From a virus (Duplodnaviria > Caudoviricetes): 57,479 bases of DNA. How positions within the stretch are numbered: position 1 is the first letter of the stretch; every line of letters starts with the position of its first letter. Below, one piece after another: positions 15,608 through 24,798 of the stretch. Where the stretch lies: IMG/VR virus record IMGVR_UViG_3300036790_000341, positions 1 through 57,479 of that record; one strand, given 5' to 3'. The notes below the pieces were generated by a model. That model worked only from the letters and a program-made list of their open reading frames with translations. It did no database searches and was not told the DNA's origin. The position numbers and the translations under genes are program-made.

Positions 15608-17211
15608 AGGGGCGCCCCGTGGTCGGCCAGGGCCCAGTGCGACCATCCCTCGCGCGGGGGCTCGCTGGTGAGGAGGTCCTGCGCGCGGCCCTCGGCGAGG
15701 TTCGTGAGCACGCCGAGCTGCAGCGAGCTGAGCTCTCCGGCCGCATGAGCCCGGCCGGCTGCGGCGACCAGGGCGTCCACGCCGTCGTCGCCTTCCAGCC
15801 CGGCGCGCCCGATCAGGTCGGCCAGCTCGGTGTACCGGTCGGGCTCGGCAGGGACGGGCGCGGTCAGGGCCGTGTTCTTCGCCTGCCACACCGCGCTGAG
15901 CCGGTCTCGATGCGACTGGTGCAGGACGCCCTTCGCGGCCAGCTCCTTGATCCGCTCTGCGACGGCGTCGAGCTGCTCCTTGTCCATGCACGCCTCGATC
16001 GCGGCCTGCATGTCCGCGCAGATCCCTTCCGGCCCGACCGTGGGCGGCAGGTGGAAGCCGGCGTCGGGGCGCGGCGGCGAAGGCTGGGGCTCGACGGGGG
16101 GGGCCGTCTCGGGCATGCGCGGTTCCCGCTCCGGAGCGGGGCCGGCCGCGGGCCGCGCGGTGATCCCGGCCAGCGCCTCGATCGCCGCATGCGCCTCACC
16201 GGGAGTCAGGTCGGTGAAGGAATCGATCTGGCGTCCGAGGTGCTTCGACATCGCCGCGATCCGCCCCAGCTGCTCGACGATCCCGAGCTTGTCCCTCATC
16301 AGCAGCACCAGCGCCATACGCTGCCCTTCAGACGCGGGCGGCCGCTGGGCGCGCTGCTCCTGTTCCTTGCGCACGACCGCATCCGCCACCGCGTGCTGCG
16401 GCCCGTCCTGCACCCGCAGCGGCGTCACCGACCGGGGCGCCGTAGCACCCGGCTGATCGTGGCCGAGCTTGCGCAGGAACCCGTCCACCGTGAACCCGGG
16501 CATCGGCATCGGCTTGCCCGGCTCGAGCTGGAACCTGGTCGAACGCAACCCGGTGGCGATGAACGTCCGCGGCTCCCGCGCCTGGATCACCGCGTCGACC
16601 TCGAACGGCAGGTTCTTCTCGGCCCGCACCTTCCAGGCCTTCTCCGCCGTCGGCTTCCCGCCGGCCCCGACCACGGCGACCTGCTCCAGCCTGGCGGTCA
16701 CGATCGTCGGGCCGTCGTACTGGTACAGCTCGCGCATGATGTCGCCGAACTTCCCCTTCGCGACGTTCCACAGGTCCATCGTGACCTGGATCTCGTCGTC
16801 GGGTTCCTCGGCGTTGGGGTTCTTGTGGCGCCACCGCTGGTTCGCGGTGCGCTGCGCCTGGTCCGAGAGCATGTCCCACAGGGGCGTCGCCGAGTCGAAC
16901 ACGACGCAGTTCGGCTTGCCGTCGACCCGCGGCTGCCGGACGGCCCACTGCACGGCCGCCTTGATGTCCCGGTAGGTGCCGTCGTGCTCGACGATCTCGT
17001 ACCGGGTACCGGGGATCGCACCGTACTCGTCGGCGTAGTGCTCGCCGACCTCGATGAAGAACGTCTTGCCGACCAGGTCGGAGGAACTGAACTCGGCCGC
17101 CGTCCAGGACTTTCCGGACTTCTCGCCGCCTGCGAGCAGGATCATCGGCCACGGCGGCTTCCCGGTCGGGCGCCGGGTGCGCCGCTCGGGCGGCTTAGCG
17201 GGCGCCCCCAC
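15604..17211 (-). CDS. Sak4-like P-loop ATPase (ssDNA annealing/recombination)
   Basis: Walker A GGEKSGKS, Walker B VVFDS, IVTAR, EKNLPFEVD; Pro/Ala-rich C-terminal extension. Confidence 0.75.
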   Translation of the reverse strand: MGAPAKPPERRTRRPTGKPPWPMILLAGGEKSGKSWTAAEFSSSDLVGKTFFIEVGEHYADEYGAIPGTRYEIVEHDGTYRDIKAAVQWAVRQPRVDGKPNCVVFDSATPLWDMLSDQAQRTANQRWRHKNPNAEEPDDEIQVTMDLWNVAKGKFGDIMRELYQYDGPTIVTARLEQVAVVGAGGKPTAEKAWKVRAEKNLPFEVDAVIQAREPRTFIATGLRSTRFQLEPGKPMPMPGFTVDGFLRKLGHDQPGATAPRSVTPLRVQDGPQHAVADAVVRKEQEQRAQRPPASEGQRMALVLLMRDKLGIVEQLGRIAAMSKHLGRQIDSFTDLTPGEAHAAIEALAGITARPAAGPAPEREPRMPETAPPVEPQPSPPRPDAGFHLPPTVGPEGICADMQAAIEACMDKEQLDAVAERIKELAAKGVLHQSHRDRLSAVWQAKNTALTAPVPAEPDRYTELADLIGRAGLEGDDGVDALVAAAGRAHAAGELSSLQLGVLTNLAEGRAQDLLTSEPPREGWSHWALADHGAPL

Positions 17212-17779
17212 GGGTCGCCTCCCGGCCGGCCACGAGGACGGCGGTCAGGACGCTGGCGGGCGCGCGCTTGACGACAGTGAGTTCCGCCGAGTCCCAGCAC
17301 AGGTCGGCCAGGTCGTAGTCGAGCCGGATCGTCACGTCGGCGATGCACGTGGGATCGTCGCAGCCGAGCCGGGTGACGACACCGTAGCGGCCTGCCGGCG
17401 TGCGCATCCGGTCCCCCACGCCCAGGGGCGCCGGGGGCGGTGTGAACGAGCCGTCCACGTGCGTCCAGATCTCCACCGTCACATCGGCGACCGTGACCTT
17501 CACCGAGGCCCTGCGCCAAGAGCCGGACGGCTTGTGCGACCCCTCGCGCAACTTCTCGAGCACGGGCTCCTGCGCCAGGCCCCACGCCCGCAGCGCCTCC
17601 CATCGCTCCAGATCGGTCAGCAGGTGGCGCAGCTGCGCCTCCACTTCCCAGCCCGGGTCGCCGCTCGAGGCAGAGAAGCGGACGCTGGCCAGTTTCGGGA
17701 GGTCGAGGTCCTCGGGCAGGTGCAGGACGTCGCGGAGCAGCGGCATCAGGTCGAGCGGGTGCTGTGTGTTCGCGGTCAT
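17195..17779 (-). CDS. Hypothetical protein
   Basis: AAGGGG RBS; tiling. Confidence 0.65.
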   Translation of the reverse strand: MTANTQHPLDLMPLLRDVLHLPEDLDLPKLASVRFSASSGDPGWEVEAQLRHLLTDLERWEALRAWGLAQEPVLEKLREGSHKPSGSWRRASVKVTVADVTVEIWTHVDGSFTPPPAPLGVGDRMRTPAGRYGVVTRLGCDDPTCIADVTIRLDYDLADLCWDSAELTVVKRAPASVLTAVLVAGREATRGGAR

Positions 17780-17816
17780 GCCGGTCCCCTTCCAAGGGTG
17801 ACGGGTTCGGTGTGGA

Positions 17817-18593
17817 TCAGCGGGTCGTCAGGACCAGCATCAGCAACGGCAGCGATACCACCGCCATGAACCACCAGGCGATACGCGACCTGGGCTGGGT
17901 CAGCGAGAGAAGGTGCGTGGGCGACGGGGCCGGGCTGTCGGCTCGTGAGCGCGCCGGGGCGCCACGCAGGCGCGCCCAGGACGGTGCCCGCAGCCAGCGC
18001 CGCGGCCTGTCCCACGAACCGCCGAACACGAACCGGGCGAGGCCGGCGCTGGTGTCGTCCTGGTCCTCGCCGGTGGGCGCCGGCGTCTCGGCTTTTGGGT
18101 CTGCCCCACCGTCCTTGCCCGGGTCCGGGTCGACGACGACGGCCGCGACAGGACGCGGGACTAGGGTGCCGAGGCCGGAGCGGTGGTCCACGTCGCCGTT
18201 CTCCTGGTCCAGCAGGTCCGGGTCGAGCTGCTCGACGGGGTCGCGGTACCGGGGCAGCTCACCGGTCGCCGGACCGGGCTCGTCGGCGATGTACTTCTCT
18301 GCCTTGATCCTGGACCAGTCGCCGACGGACGGGAACCGGGGGGGCTCGACCGGCGGCGTGTAGTCGCCGACGTGCTCGAAGGTGACCCAGGCGCCGGGCG
18401 CGTAGCCCTTGATCGGGGGGGCGCCGGGCTGGCCCCAGCGGGTGACGATCAGTGCGCCGTTGGGCTGGACGGCGGCGACGGCGTCCGGGTGCTTCTCGTA
18501 GTCGCCGAGGGTGTGGGGCCAGACCGACACGTACCGCTCGGCGGGTGCCGGGGTCCATTCGCCGCTGGTCTCGGTCTCGTGCTGCTCACTCAC
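17817..18593 (-). CDS. Hypothetical protein with C-terminal TM anchor
   Basis: GAAAGG RBS; terminal hydrophobic WWFMAVVSLPLLMLVL. Confidence 0.65.
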   Translation of the reverse strand: MSEQHETETSGEWTPAPAERYVSVWPHTLGDYEKHPDAVAAVQPNGALIVTRWGQPGAPPIKGYAPGAWVTFEHVGDYTPPVEPPRFPSVGDWSRIKAEKYIADEPGPATGELPRYRDPVEQLDPDLLDQENGDVDHRSGLGTLVPRPVAAVVVDPDPGKDGGADPKAETPAPTGEDQDDTSAGLARFVFGGSWDRPRRWLRAPSWARLRGAPARSRADSPAPSPTHLLSLTQPRSRIAWWFMAVVSLPLLMLVLTTR

Positions 18594-18677
18594 CGTGTTG
18601 CCTTTCGTTCGTCCGGGTTCGTCCGTCTTCGGGTGGCTGTCGGATGGATGCTGGGTCGGTATCCATAATCCCCCAAC

Positions 18678-18694
18678 CTTGCCACCCTGTCAAG
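18678..18694 (-). promoter_or_regulatory. Operator/-35 motif copy CTTGACAGGGTGGCAAG
   Basis: Same motif as 7-23; GATTAT 17 nt after TTGACA. Confidence 0.7.
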
Positions 18695-18718
18695 CATCTG
18701 GGCATGGGTGTGCCACGC

Positions 18719-18747
18719 AAAAATCCCCCACCCCGCGAGGTGGGGAA
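18719..18747 (-). terminator. Intrinsic terminator after the XRE gene
   Basis: TTCCCCACC-loop-GGTGGGGGA followed by TTTTT on minus strand. Confidence 0.8.
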
Positions 18748-18750
18748 CCG

Positions 18751-19035
18751 TCACGCCGCCAACTTCTCCGACCCGTCCGAATTCAAATCCACCTTCGGCT
18801 CCGGACCGAACACGTTCATCCGCATGAAATGCCCGAACGCCTCACGGCCCGCCGCGATCGCACCCAGCACCTCACCCGGATCCAGGTTGTAGTACTGCGC
18901 AATCCGGTAGGCCACCCCCGTGGACGGCACCCGGTCACCGTTCCGGTAACGGCTCGCCGTGGTGAAATGCACGCCGACGGCTTTGCCGAACTGCATCAAC
19001 GTGGGCGACGGCGTGGTTCGGGTAGGACTGTCCAT
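18751..19035 (-). CDS. XRE/Cro-like HTH regulator, probably leaderless
   Basis: TLMQFGKAVGVHFTTASRYRNGDRVPS; TAGTGT -10 six nt before ATG. Confidence 0.85.
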   Translation of the reverse strand: MDSPTRTTPSPTLMQFGKAVGVHFTTASRYRNGDRVPSTGVAYRIAQYYNLDPGEVLGAIAAGREAFGHFMRMNVFGPEPKVDLNSDGSEKLAA

Positions 19036-19041
19036 GCTTGA

Positions 19042-19071
19042 ACACTAGCACGAGCTTGCCACGCGGGCTAG
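19042..19071 (-). promoter_or_regulatory. XRE gene promoter with degenerate operator CTAGCCCGCGTGGCAAG
   Basis: TAGCCC-N17-TAGTGT; operator in the same register as the TTGACA copies. Confidence 0.55.
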
Positions 19072-19379
19072 GCGTCCGGCGTCCGACGCCGGTTCAACGT
19101 CCACACGAGCCACAGCCGCAGCAGCTCGATAGACCCCGCCACGAAGAACGAGAACGCGAAATACCAGCCGAACCAAGAAGCCTGCCCTACCCCCCGCCAG
19201 ATGAAATGCAGAACGAACGGAGTCGTGAACAGCAGATCTGCCACGCCGTGCAGCGAAGCAACCCACCCCGGACGCCGCTCCCACCACGGAGTGATCCACG
19301 AATACCCGATCAGAAACACGAAACCGCAGGCCCACGCATACCACAGGGCCACGTCCAGCCCGTCAGCCTCCAGCCGCAC
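19068..19379 (-). CDS. Putative holin (three TM)
   Basis: Three hydrophobic helices, basic C-terminus, in lysis cassette. Confidence 0.65.
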   Translation of the reverse strand: MRLEADGLDVALWYAWACGFVFLIGYSWITPWWERRPGWVASLHGVADLLFTTPFVLHFIWRGVGQASWFGWYFAFSFFVAGSIELLRLWLVWTLNRRRTPDA

Positions 19380-19593
19380 GATGGTTTCCCCTATCCCGGA
19401 TCATCTGCTCGAACGCGTCCGCGAACCCGTTGCGCTCACTGTAGAAATCCAGCCGCACCAGCATCCGGTTCACCCGCGGCTCCGCCGCCTCCACGTTCCT
19501 GCGCGAGGCCCGAGACTCCTTGATCATCTCCCGGGCCTGGTCCTTCTCCTGCCGAAGCTGCTGCCTGACCCCCCTAAGCGGCCACAGTCGCAT
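19363..19593 (-). CDS. Lysis-cassette small protein
   Basis: GGAGGTG RBS; ERNGFADAF. Confidence 0.65.
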   Translation of the reverse strand: MRLWPLRGVRQQLRQEKDQAREMIKESRASRRNVEAAEPRVNRMLVRLDFYSERNGFADAFEQMIRDRGNHRAAGG

Positions 19594-19882
19594 CGGGGTC
19601 ACCTCCAGGATGGGGGACCCTGGGGACGCCAGGCTCGGCCGTGGCGACGGGAAGCGCGGAGATGACCTGGACAGCGGTAGCTGCGTACTTTGCCAGGAGC
19701 TCATCTCTCTGCCTCTCCGCCCGGATGCGTCCCTCCCTCTCCTCGTCACGCGCGATACGCACGAGGTCGATCAGCTGCCGCATGTCCCCCAGCCACATGC
19801 GCGCCCAGCCCAGGCCTATCAGCACTCCGGCGAGAATGCCGACCATCGCCCAGGGGCTGCTCGAGGACAGGTCGAAGGTCAA
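19574..19882 (-). CDS. Lysis-cassette membrane protein (N-terminal TM plus coiled coil)
   Basis: TTG start right after lysin stop; WAMVGILAGVLIGLGW. Confidence 0.6.
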   Translation of the reverse strand: MTFDLSSSSPWAMVGILAGVLIGLGWARMWLGDMRQLIDLVRIARDEEREGRIRAERQRDELLAKYAATAVQVISALPVATAEPGVPRVPHPGGDPDATVAA

Positions 19883-19884
19883 CG

Positions 19885-20790
19885 CTAGACCACGCAGGCC
19901 GCGTACCGGGCCGCAGTACCGACCGGCTGCAACTCCAGACCGTAAGCGTGCTCGATGTATTCGGCCGGGAACCGGAACACCTTCCCAGCCGGCGTGTAGT
20001 CGGGCTTCCACGGCGGCGGCTCGCTCGCGCTGCCGTCGCCGGCCAGCACGACCGGGCCGCCCGGCTCGACCAGGAGCACCACCCGCAGGACAGGCTGGTT
20101 GGCGCCCGAGTTCAGGTCGGCGGCCACCTGCACGATGTGCCGGGCGTCCTCGGACCAGGAGAAGGTGGCGAATCCGTCGACTGCCTGTGCCATGTCGTCC
20201 TCCGAGCGAGATACGGGGTGCGCGGCCGCACCGGTAGGCGGCGCGGCCGGATGCAGGTCCCACAGCATGCTGACGTCTTTGAAGTCGCCCAGGTCGTAGG
20301 CGGCGAAGTTGGCGAACTGGTCGGCAGCGTCGGCCGGCGCGTAGTCGCTGCCCGTCCAGGACGCCTCGTCGTAGCCGCCCGAGGGCCGCGCGTTCTGCAC
20401 GACGGTGGCCTTCGACCCGTACAGCAGCTCGTGCAGCCCGGACTGCGACTGCAACCGCTCGTCGACAGCCGTGAAGTACACGCTGTCGACGGCCGTCTCA
20501 CCGTCCCAACAGACCACGGTGCCAGACGGCTGCCCGTGGGCCCGGGCCCACGCGACCGCCGCATCCGCGTCGGCCACGGCGTCCGCGGACTGCGGATCCG
20601 ACCGCACGAAACACGGCACGATATACCGGCACCACGGCTGCGCCTTCAACGCCGCGATCTCCGCCTCGGTCCACACGTGCACCGCATTCCCGCCGATGTA
20701 CACCATCCAGCCCGACAACGGCTTTCCGTTGAAAGCGGTCGGATAGGACGCGGGCGGATACGCACTGTCGCCGATCAGCACGTCTGTCAT
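19885..20790 (-). CDS. Endolysin, GH25-like/DUF1906 TIM-barrel
   Basis: GGAGG RBS at ATG 20790; DSAYPP, YIGG, G.P.G..V.WDGE, LLYGS; upstream of holin-like genes. Confidence 0.7.
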   Translation of the reverse strand: MTDVLIGDSAYPPASYPTAFNGKPLSGWMVYIGGNAVHVWTEAEIAALKAQPWCRYIVPCFVRSDPQSADAVADADAAVAWARAHGQPSGTVVCWDGETAVDSVYFTAVDERLQSQSGLHELLYGSKATVVQNARPSGGYDEASWTGSDYAPADAADQFANFAAYDLGDFKDVSMLWDLHPAAPPTGAAAHPVSRSEDDMAQAVDGFATFSWSEDARHIVQVAADLNSGANQPVLRVVLLVEPGGPVVLAGDGSASEPPPWKPDYTPAGKVFRFPAEYIEHAYGLELQPVGTAARYAACVV

Positions 20791-20880
20791 ACCTCCAAAG
20801 TAGCAGTGTCCCCTGGATATCAGCCATAGACCGATTCGGGTAAGCTCGATCCAGACTTGACACACGAGCGAGGAGCTTGC

Positions 20881-21984
20881 ATGAAGATCGCAGTCACGGG
20901 TGGCGCCGGTTTCATCGGCGGCCACGTGGTGGACGAGCTGCTGCGGCGGGGCCACGAGCCCGTGATCTTCGACCACCGGGCCAAGCACCACGCTGTGCCG
21001 GATCACCCGGACCGGTACCTGCCGAGCATGTTGGGCGACACGCGGGACGAAGTCCAGGTCACCGAGCTCGCCGCGCACGTCGAGGGCATCATCCACCTCG
21101 CCTCCGTGCTCGGCACGCAGGAGACCGTGGCCAACCCGCGCCCGGCCGTGATGACCAACGTCATCTCCGGCATGAACGTGTTCGAGGCCGCAGTGCAGTA
21201 CGGCATCCCCGCGGTCAACATCTGCGTCGGCAACGCCGGCATGTCCAACCCCTACTCGGCCAGCAAGACCTGTGTCGAGTCGCTCGGCCACATGTACGTG
21301 CGGGATCGGGGCGCGAAGCTCAACCAGGTGCGCGTCGTCAACGCGTACGGGCCGCGGCAGCTGATGGCCAACCCGTACGGCGTCGGGAAGGTCCGCAAGA
21401 TCATGCCCGCGTTCGTGGCCCGCGCGCTGACCGGCCAGCCGATCGAGATCTACGGCGACGGCGAGCAGGTCTCCGACTGCGTGTTCGTCACCGACGTCGC
21501 CGCCGCACTGGTCAACGCCCTCGAGTTCGCGGCCCAGGGCACCGTCCTGGACCACGTGGTCGAGGTCGGCCCGACCGAGCACATGACCGTGAACGAGGTC
21601 GCCCGCATGGTCGCCCAGCTGGCGCGACCCGAGAACGGCGGACACGAGTCCGAGATCGTCCACCTTCCGATGCGGCCGGGCGAGACGCCGGGCGCGCGGA
21701 TCGTCGCGCGCAACGAGACGATGCACGACATCGGGATGCCGCCCGAGTACCTCAAGCCGCTCAGCCACGGGATCGCCGAGACGGTGGCCTGGTACGCCGA
21801 GCACTGGCTGCCCCAGTACGTGGGGCACCTCCAGTCGATCCACCCGAGCGGCAGGACGCCGCAGGAGAAGGCATTCCTGGGACGGACCTACAACGCCTTC
21901 TCGAACGGGGCCAGCCACCAGGACGAGCCGGTGACCAACCTCACCGGCGACCTCGGGAGCGCCAAGATCACCCGGCATGGCTAA
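20881..21984 (+). CDS. NAD-dependent nucleotide-sugar epimerase/dehydratase (extended SDR)
   Basis: VTGGAGFIG, HLA, NPYSASK (YxxxK), NAYGPRQ, IYGDGEQ..D..FVTDVA, RPGE; GAGGAG RBS. Confidence 0.92.
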   Translation: MKIAVTGGAGFIGGHVVDELLRRGHEPVIFDHRAKHHAVPDHPDRYLPSMLGDTRDEVQVTELAAHVEGIIHLASVLGTQETVANPRPAVMTNVISGMNVFEAAVQYGIPAVNICVGNAGMSNPYSASKTCVESLGHMYVRDRGAKLNQVRVVNAYGPRQLMANPYGVGKVRKIMPAFVARALTGQPIEIYGDGEQVSDCVFVTDVAAALVNALEFAAQGTVLDHVVEVGPTEHMTVNEVARMVAQLARPENGGHESEIVHLPMRPGETPGARIVARNETMHDIGMPPEYLKPLSHGIAETVAWYAEHWLPQYVGHLQSIHPSGRTPQEKAFLGRTYNAFSNGASHQDEPVTNLTGDLGSAKITRHG

Positions 21985-23029
21985 GGGCTGGTTGTGGGCT
22001 GCGGACGCAGGCGGGTGCGGCTGGTACCGTACGGTCATCGTCGCCGAAGCACTCCGCGGCCTCGGCCACGACGTCGGCCAGGGCATCACGATCGACGACG
22101 ACTACCAGGACGCCGACGCCGTCCTCGGCCAGCGCATCTGCATCCCCGGATCCTCGATCGCCTGGGCGCGCTGGAACTTCCAGCACGAGAAGACCACCGT
22201 CTTCGACGCCGACGACGACTACTTCCACATGTACCAGCACCCCGAGTTCGGGCCGGCCGCAGTCGAGTACGGCAATTCGCGCGTCCAGGCGCGGCTCCTG
22301 GCCAACGCCGCCAGCTCGACCTACACCACCTGCGCCACACCCAGGATCGCCGAGGCGTTCGCCCCGTTCTGCGACAACGTCCTCGTCGTGCCGAACGGGC
22401 TGCCCGAGAGGTACCTGGAAGTCGACGCCCCGTACGAGCGGCGGCGGTACAACCCCGAGACGCACCAGTACGACGACGGCTACACCTCACCGGCCCCGCC
22501 GATCGTCGGGTGGGCCGGGTCGTCGTTCACGCAGTGGGAACTGACCACCACCGTCAAGGACGCCCTGTCCCGGGTGGACGAGTGGGGAGGCCGGCTGCAC
22601 GTCGTCGGCGTCCCCTACCCGATCATGCGCAAGACCGGTCTCGTCAAGCCCGGCGTCTCGGTCACCGGCTGGATCGACGGCACCCACAAGTACCTCGACG
22701 CCATCGACTTCGACATCTGGGTCGCCCCCTACCGGCAGAGCGACTACAACAACGCCAAGGTGGCGACCAAGGCCCTCGAGGCCGCGTTCCTCGGCATCCC
22801 GATCGTCGCTTCCGCCACCACCCCCTACCGGCACTTCGTCCAGGACGGCGAGACCGGATTCCTCGTCGAACCCGGCGGCGACTGGGAGACCCCGATCCGC
22901 ACGCTGATCAACGACCCGGCGCTGCGCGAGTCCATGGGCCGCGCCGCCCGCGAGAACGCCCGGGAGTTCACCATCGAGAAGCTGGCCGCCCAACTCTGGG
23001 ACCCGATCCTGTTTGGAGACCGCAAGTGA
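21977..23029 (+). CDS. GT-B (GT4-like) glycosyltransferase
   Basis: GCGWYR, FDADDDYF, VVPNGL, GWAGS, DI..AP....YN.AK...KALEAA.LGIPIVAS, GETGFLV. Confidence 0.88.
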   Translation: MAKGWLWAADAGGCGWYRTVIVAEALRGLGHDVGQGITIDDDYQDADAVLGQRICIPGSSIAWARWNFQHEKTTVFDADDDYFHMYQHPEFGPAAVEYGNSRVQARLLANAASSTYTTCATPRIAEAFAPFCDNVLVVPNGLPERYLEVDAPYERRRYNPETHQYDDGYTSPAPPIVGWAGSSFTQWELTTTVKDALSRVDEWGGRLHVVGVPYPIMRKTGLVKPGVSVTGWIDGTHKYLDAIDFDIWVAPYRQSDYNNAKVATKALEAAFLGIPIVASATTPYRHFVQDGETGFLVEPGGDWETPIRTLINDPALRESMGRAARENAREFTIEKLAAQLWDPILFGDRK

Positions 23030-23886
23030 TCGCTGGCAAGAAGGTCGTCGCGTGGATTCCGTTCGGCCGGGAATCCACCGTCAGCATCCTGTTCCGGTAC
23101 CTGCTGCGCGACCACGAACGCGGCATCATCGACGAACTGTGGCTGTACCTGAACACGGACGACAGTCAAGTCGGCGACCTGGCCTACGCGTACAAGCTCG
23201 CACGCAAGCACAAGGACTGGGTGCGGCTCATCGAGCGCCCGGAGCACCTGCCGCGCCTGCAGCCCAAGCAGCGCAACACCGGCTACGCCTACCGGTACAT
23301 GGCCGACCCGAACGCCCTGTTCTTCCGGTTCGACGACGACATCGTGTACGTCCACGAGAACGCGGTCGAGACGCTGTGCAAAGCGAAGGTCGCACTGCCC
23401 GGGACGCTCGCCTGCTTCGCCCTCATGTGGAACAACGCCATCACGAGCTGGTATGCGCAGAAGCTCGACATCATCCCCGAATCGTTCGGGAAGGTGGCGT
23501 CGCCGTTCTGCATGGACCCGGTCGGCTGGGGCGACGGCGACTTCGCCGTGAAGATCCACCGGCTGCTCCTGGAATGGCTCGAGCAGGGCACGCCCGAGAA
23601 GGCGTACTTCTACCAGAACTACCCCCTCGCGCCGCGCCAGCAGTTCAGCGTCTCCTGCCACGTGATCGACGGCGCCGACTTCATGACGCTGCCCGAGCCG
23701 GGCGTCCTGGACTACCCGGAGGAGGAGCACTGGATCACCGTGCACCGGCCGGCCGTGGTCGGGAAGGACAACGTCATCGTGGGCGACGCCCTCGTGTCGC
23801 ACTACACGTTCTACCCGCAGGGCCAGATCGTGCGGGCGACGAACATCCTGGACCGCTACCGCAAGATCTCGGAGACACTGGCATGA
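23026..23886 (+). CDS. GT-A-fold glycosyltransferase-like protein
   Basis: GTGA overlap; IPFGR, FRFDDDIVYV (DxD), EEHWIT, VSHYTFYPQ. Confidence 0.7.
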   Translation: MIAGKKVVAWIPFGRESTVSILFRYLLRDHERGIIDELWLYLNTDDSQVGDLAYAYKLARKHKDWVRLIERPEHLPRLQPKQRNTGYAYRYMADPNALFFRFDDDIVYVHENAVETLCKAKVALPGTLACFALMWNNAITSWYAQKLDIIPESFGKVASPFCMDPVGWGDGDFAVKIHRLLLEWLEQGTPEKAYFYQNYPLAPRQQFSVSCHVIDGADFMTLPEPGVLDYPEEEHWITVHRPAVVGKDNVIVGDALVSHYTFYPQGQIVRATNILDRYRKISETLA

Positions 23887-24179
23887 GCGCCAAGGACATG
23901 AAGGCCACGCACGTCACGGTCGAGCAGGTCGCCGCCACCGCGGCCGCGGTGGTCGACTCCGTCAACCCCGGCGTCCAGCAGCCCCGCAGCGACCAGGTCG
24001 AGATCCAGGTCGACCCGCAGATGCTGCAGCAGGCCACGCAGATGAAGAACGCCCGGCTGATCGCGTCGCTGGTGCACGAGTCCGCGATGCTGGAGGTCGC
24101 GCTCGAGCAGGAGCGCCGCGGCCGCATGGAGGCCGAGGCCAAGGTCGCGGCGTTGCAGGCCGCCATGATGGCAGAGTAG
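23883..24179 (+). CDS. Coiled-coil hypothetical protein
   Basis: ATGA overlap; GGAG RBS. Confidence 0.65.
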   Translation: MSAKDMKATHVTVEQVAATAAAVVDSVNPGVQQPRSDQVEIQVDPQMLQQATQMKNARLIASLVHESAMLEVALEQERRGRMEAEAKVAALQAAMMAE

Positions 24180-24247
24180 ATTGCCTCCTGAGCAAGCATG
24201 TGCGTAGCCGCGCTGCGCACGCCGACACCCGCACCAGGGAGACCACA

Positions 24248-24508
24248 GTGAGCGACACCACCGCGCCGCAGGACAGCGGCGACGTGCCCGAGCAGAGCAC
24301 CGACACGCGCACCAGGCTGATCCTGGACTGCACGTTCAGCGACGACCTGTGCAAGGCGCTACTCGGCCAGCCGGCCACCTATAGCAGTGCGATCACCGGG
24401 ATGAAGGCCGCGCTGGCCGGCTGGGGCGCCGACGTCCGCATGTACGTGCCCGGCACACACCCCGACGAGAACCCGATCGCCCACGGGCAGGCCTCCCCGG
24501 CCGCGTAG
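24248..24508 (+). CDS. Hypothetical protein
   Basis: AGGGAG RBS before GTG 24248. Confidence 0.6.
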   Translation: MSDTTAPQDSGDVPEQSTDTRTRLILDCTFSDDLCKALLGQPATYSSAITGMKAALAGWGADVRMYVPGTHPDENPIAHGQASPAA

Positions 24509-24519
24509 TCGGAGCGCGC

Positions 24520-24553
24520 CCGTCCCCGCCCGTGTATCACCGGGCGGGGACGG
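24520..24553. terminator. Bidirectional terminator-like hairpin
   Basis: 13-bp inverted repeat CCGTCCCCGCCCG/CGGGCGGGGACGG between converging genes. Confidence 0.75.
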
Positions 24554-24557
24554 TGCG

Positions 24558-24797
24558 TCAACCGACGGTGGGCGCCGCGGCCGCGTCCTGGTACTGGGTC
24601 AGCTGCTTGCGCAGGTCGGCGTTCTGCTCCTGCAGCCCCCGGATGACGTCCTCCAGGTAGCGCCGGTGAGCGCGGGACGACACCGACTCGGACGTAAGCC
24701 GATGCACGGTGCTCTCCAGCTCGCTCACCACGAGCTGGATGGGGATCTCGTCCAGCAGATTGTTCAGAGGGTCCGGAGTCTCGGCCATGGCGCCCAT
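24558..24797 (-). CDS. Small coiled-coil protein
   Basis: Follows tail fibre gene; heptad pattern. Confidence 0.6.
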   Translation of the reverse strand: MGAMAETPDPLNNLLDEIPIQLVVSELESTVHRLTSESVSSRAHRRYLEDVIRGLQEQNADLRKQLTQYQDAAAAPTVG

Positions 24798-24798
24798 T

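Noticed and set aside
20851-20862. CCAGACTTGACA identical to positions 2-13, as operator copy or att core
   Set aside because: Lacks the GGCAAG half-site, is too close to the ATG to be a -35, and is too short to support att
20791-22089. 734-aa version of the lysin ORF
   Set aside because: Extension is antisense to the epimerase; ATG 20790 has a GGAGG RBS
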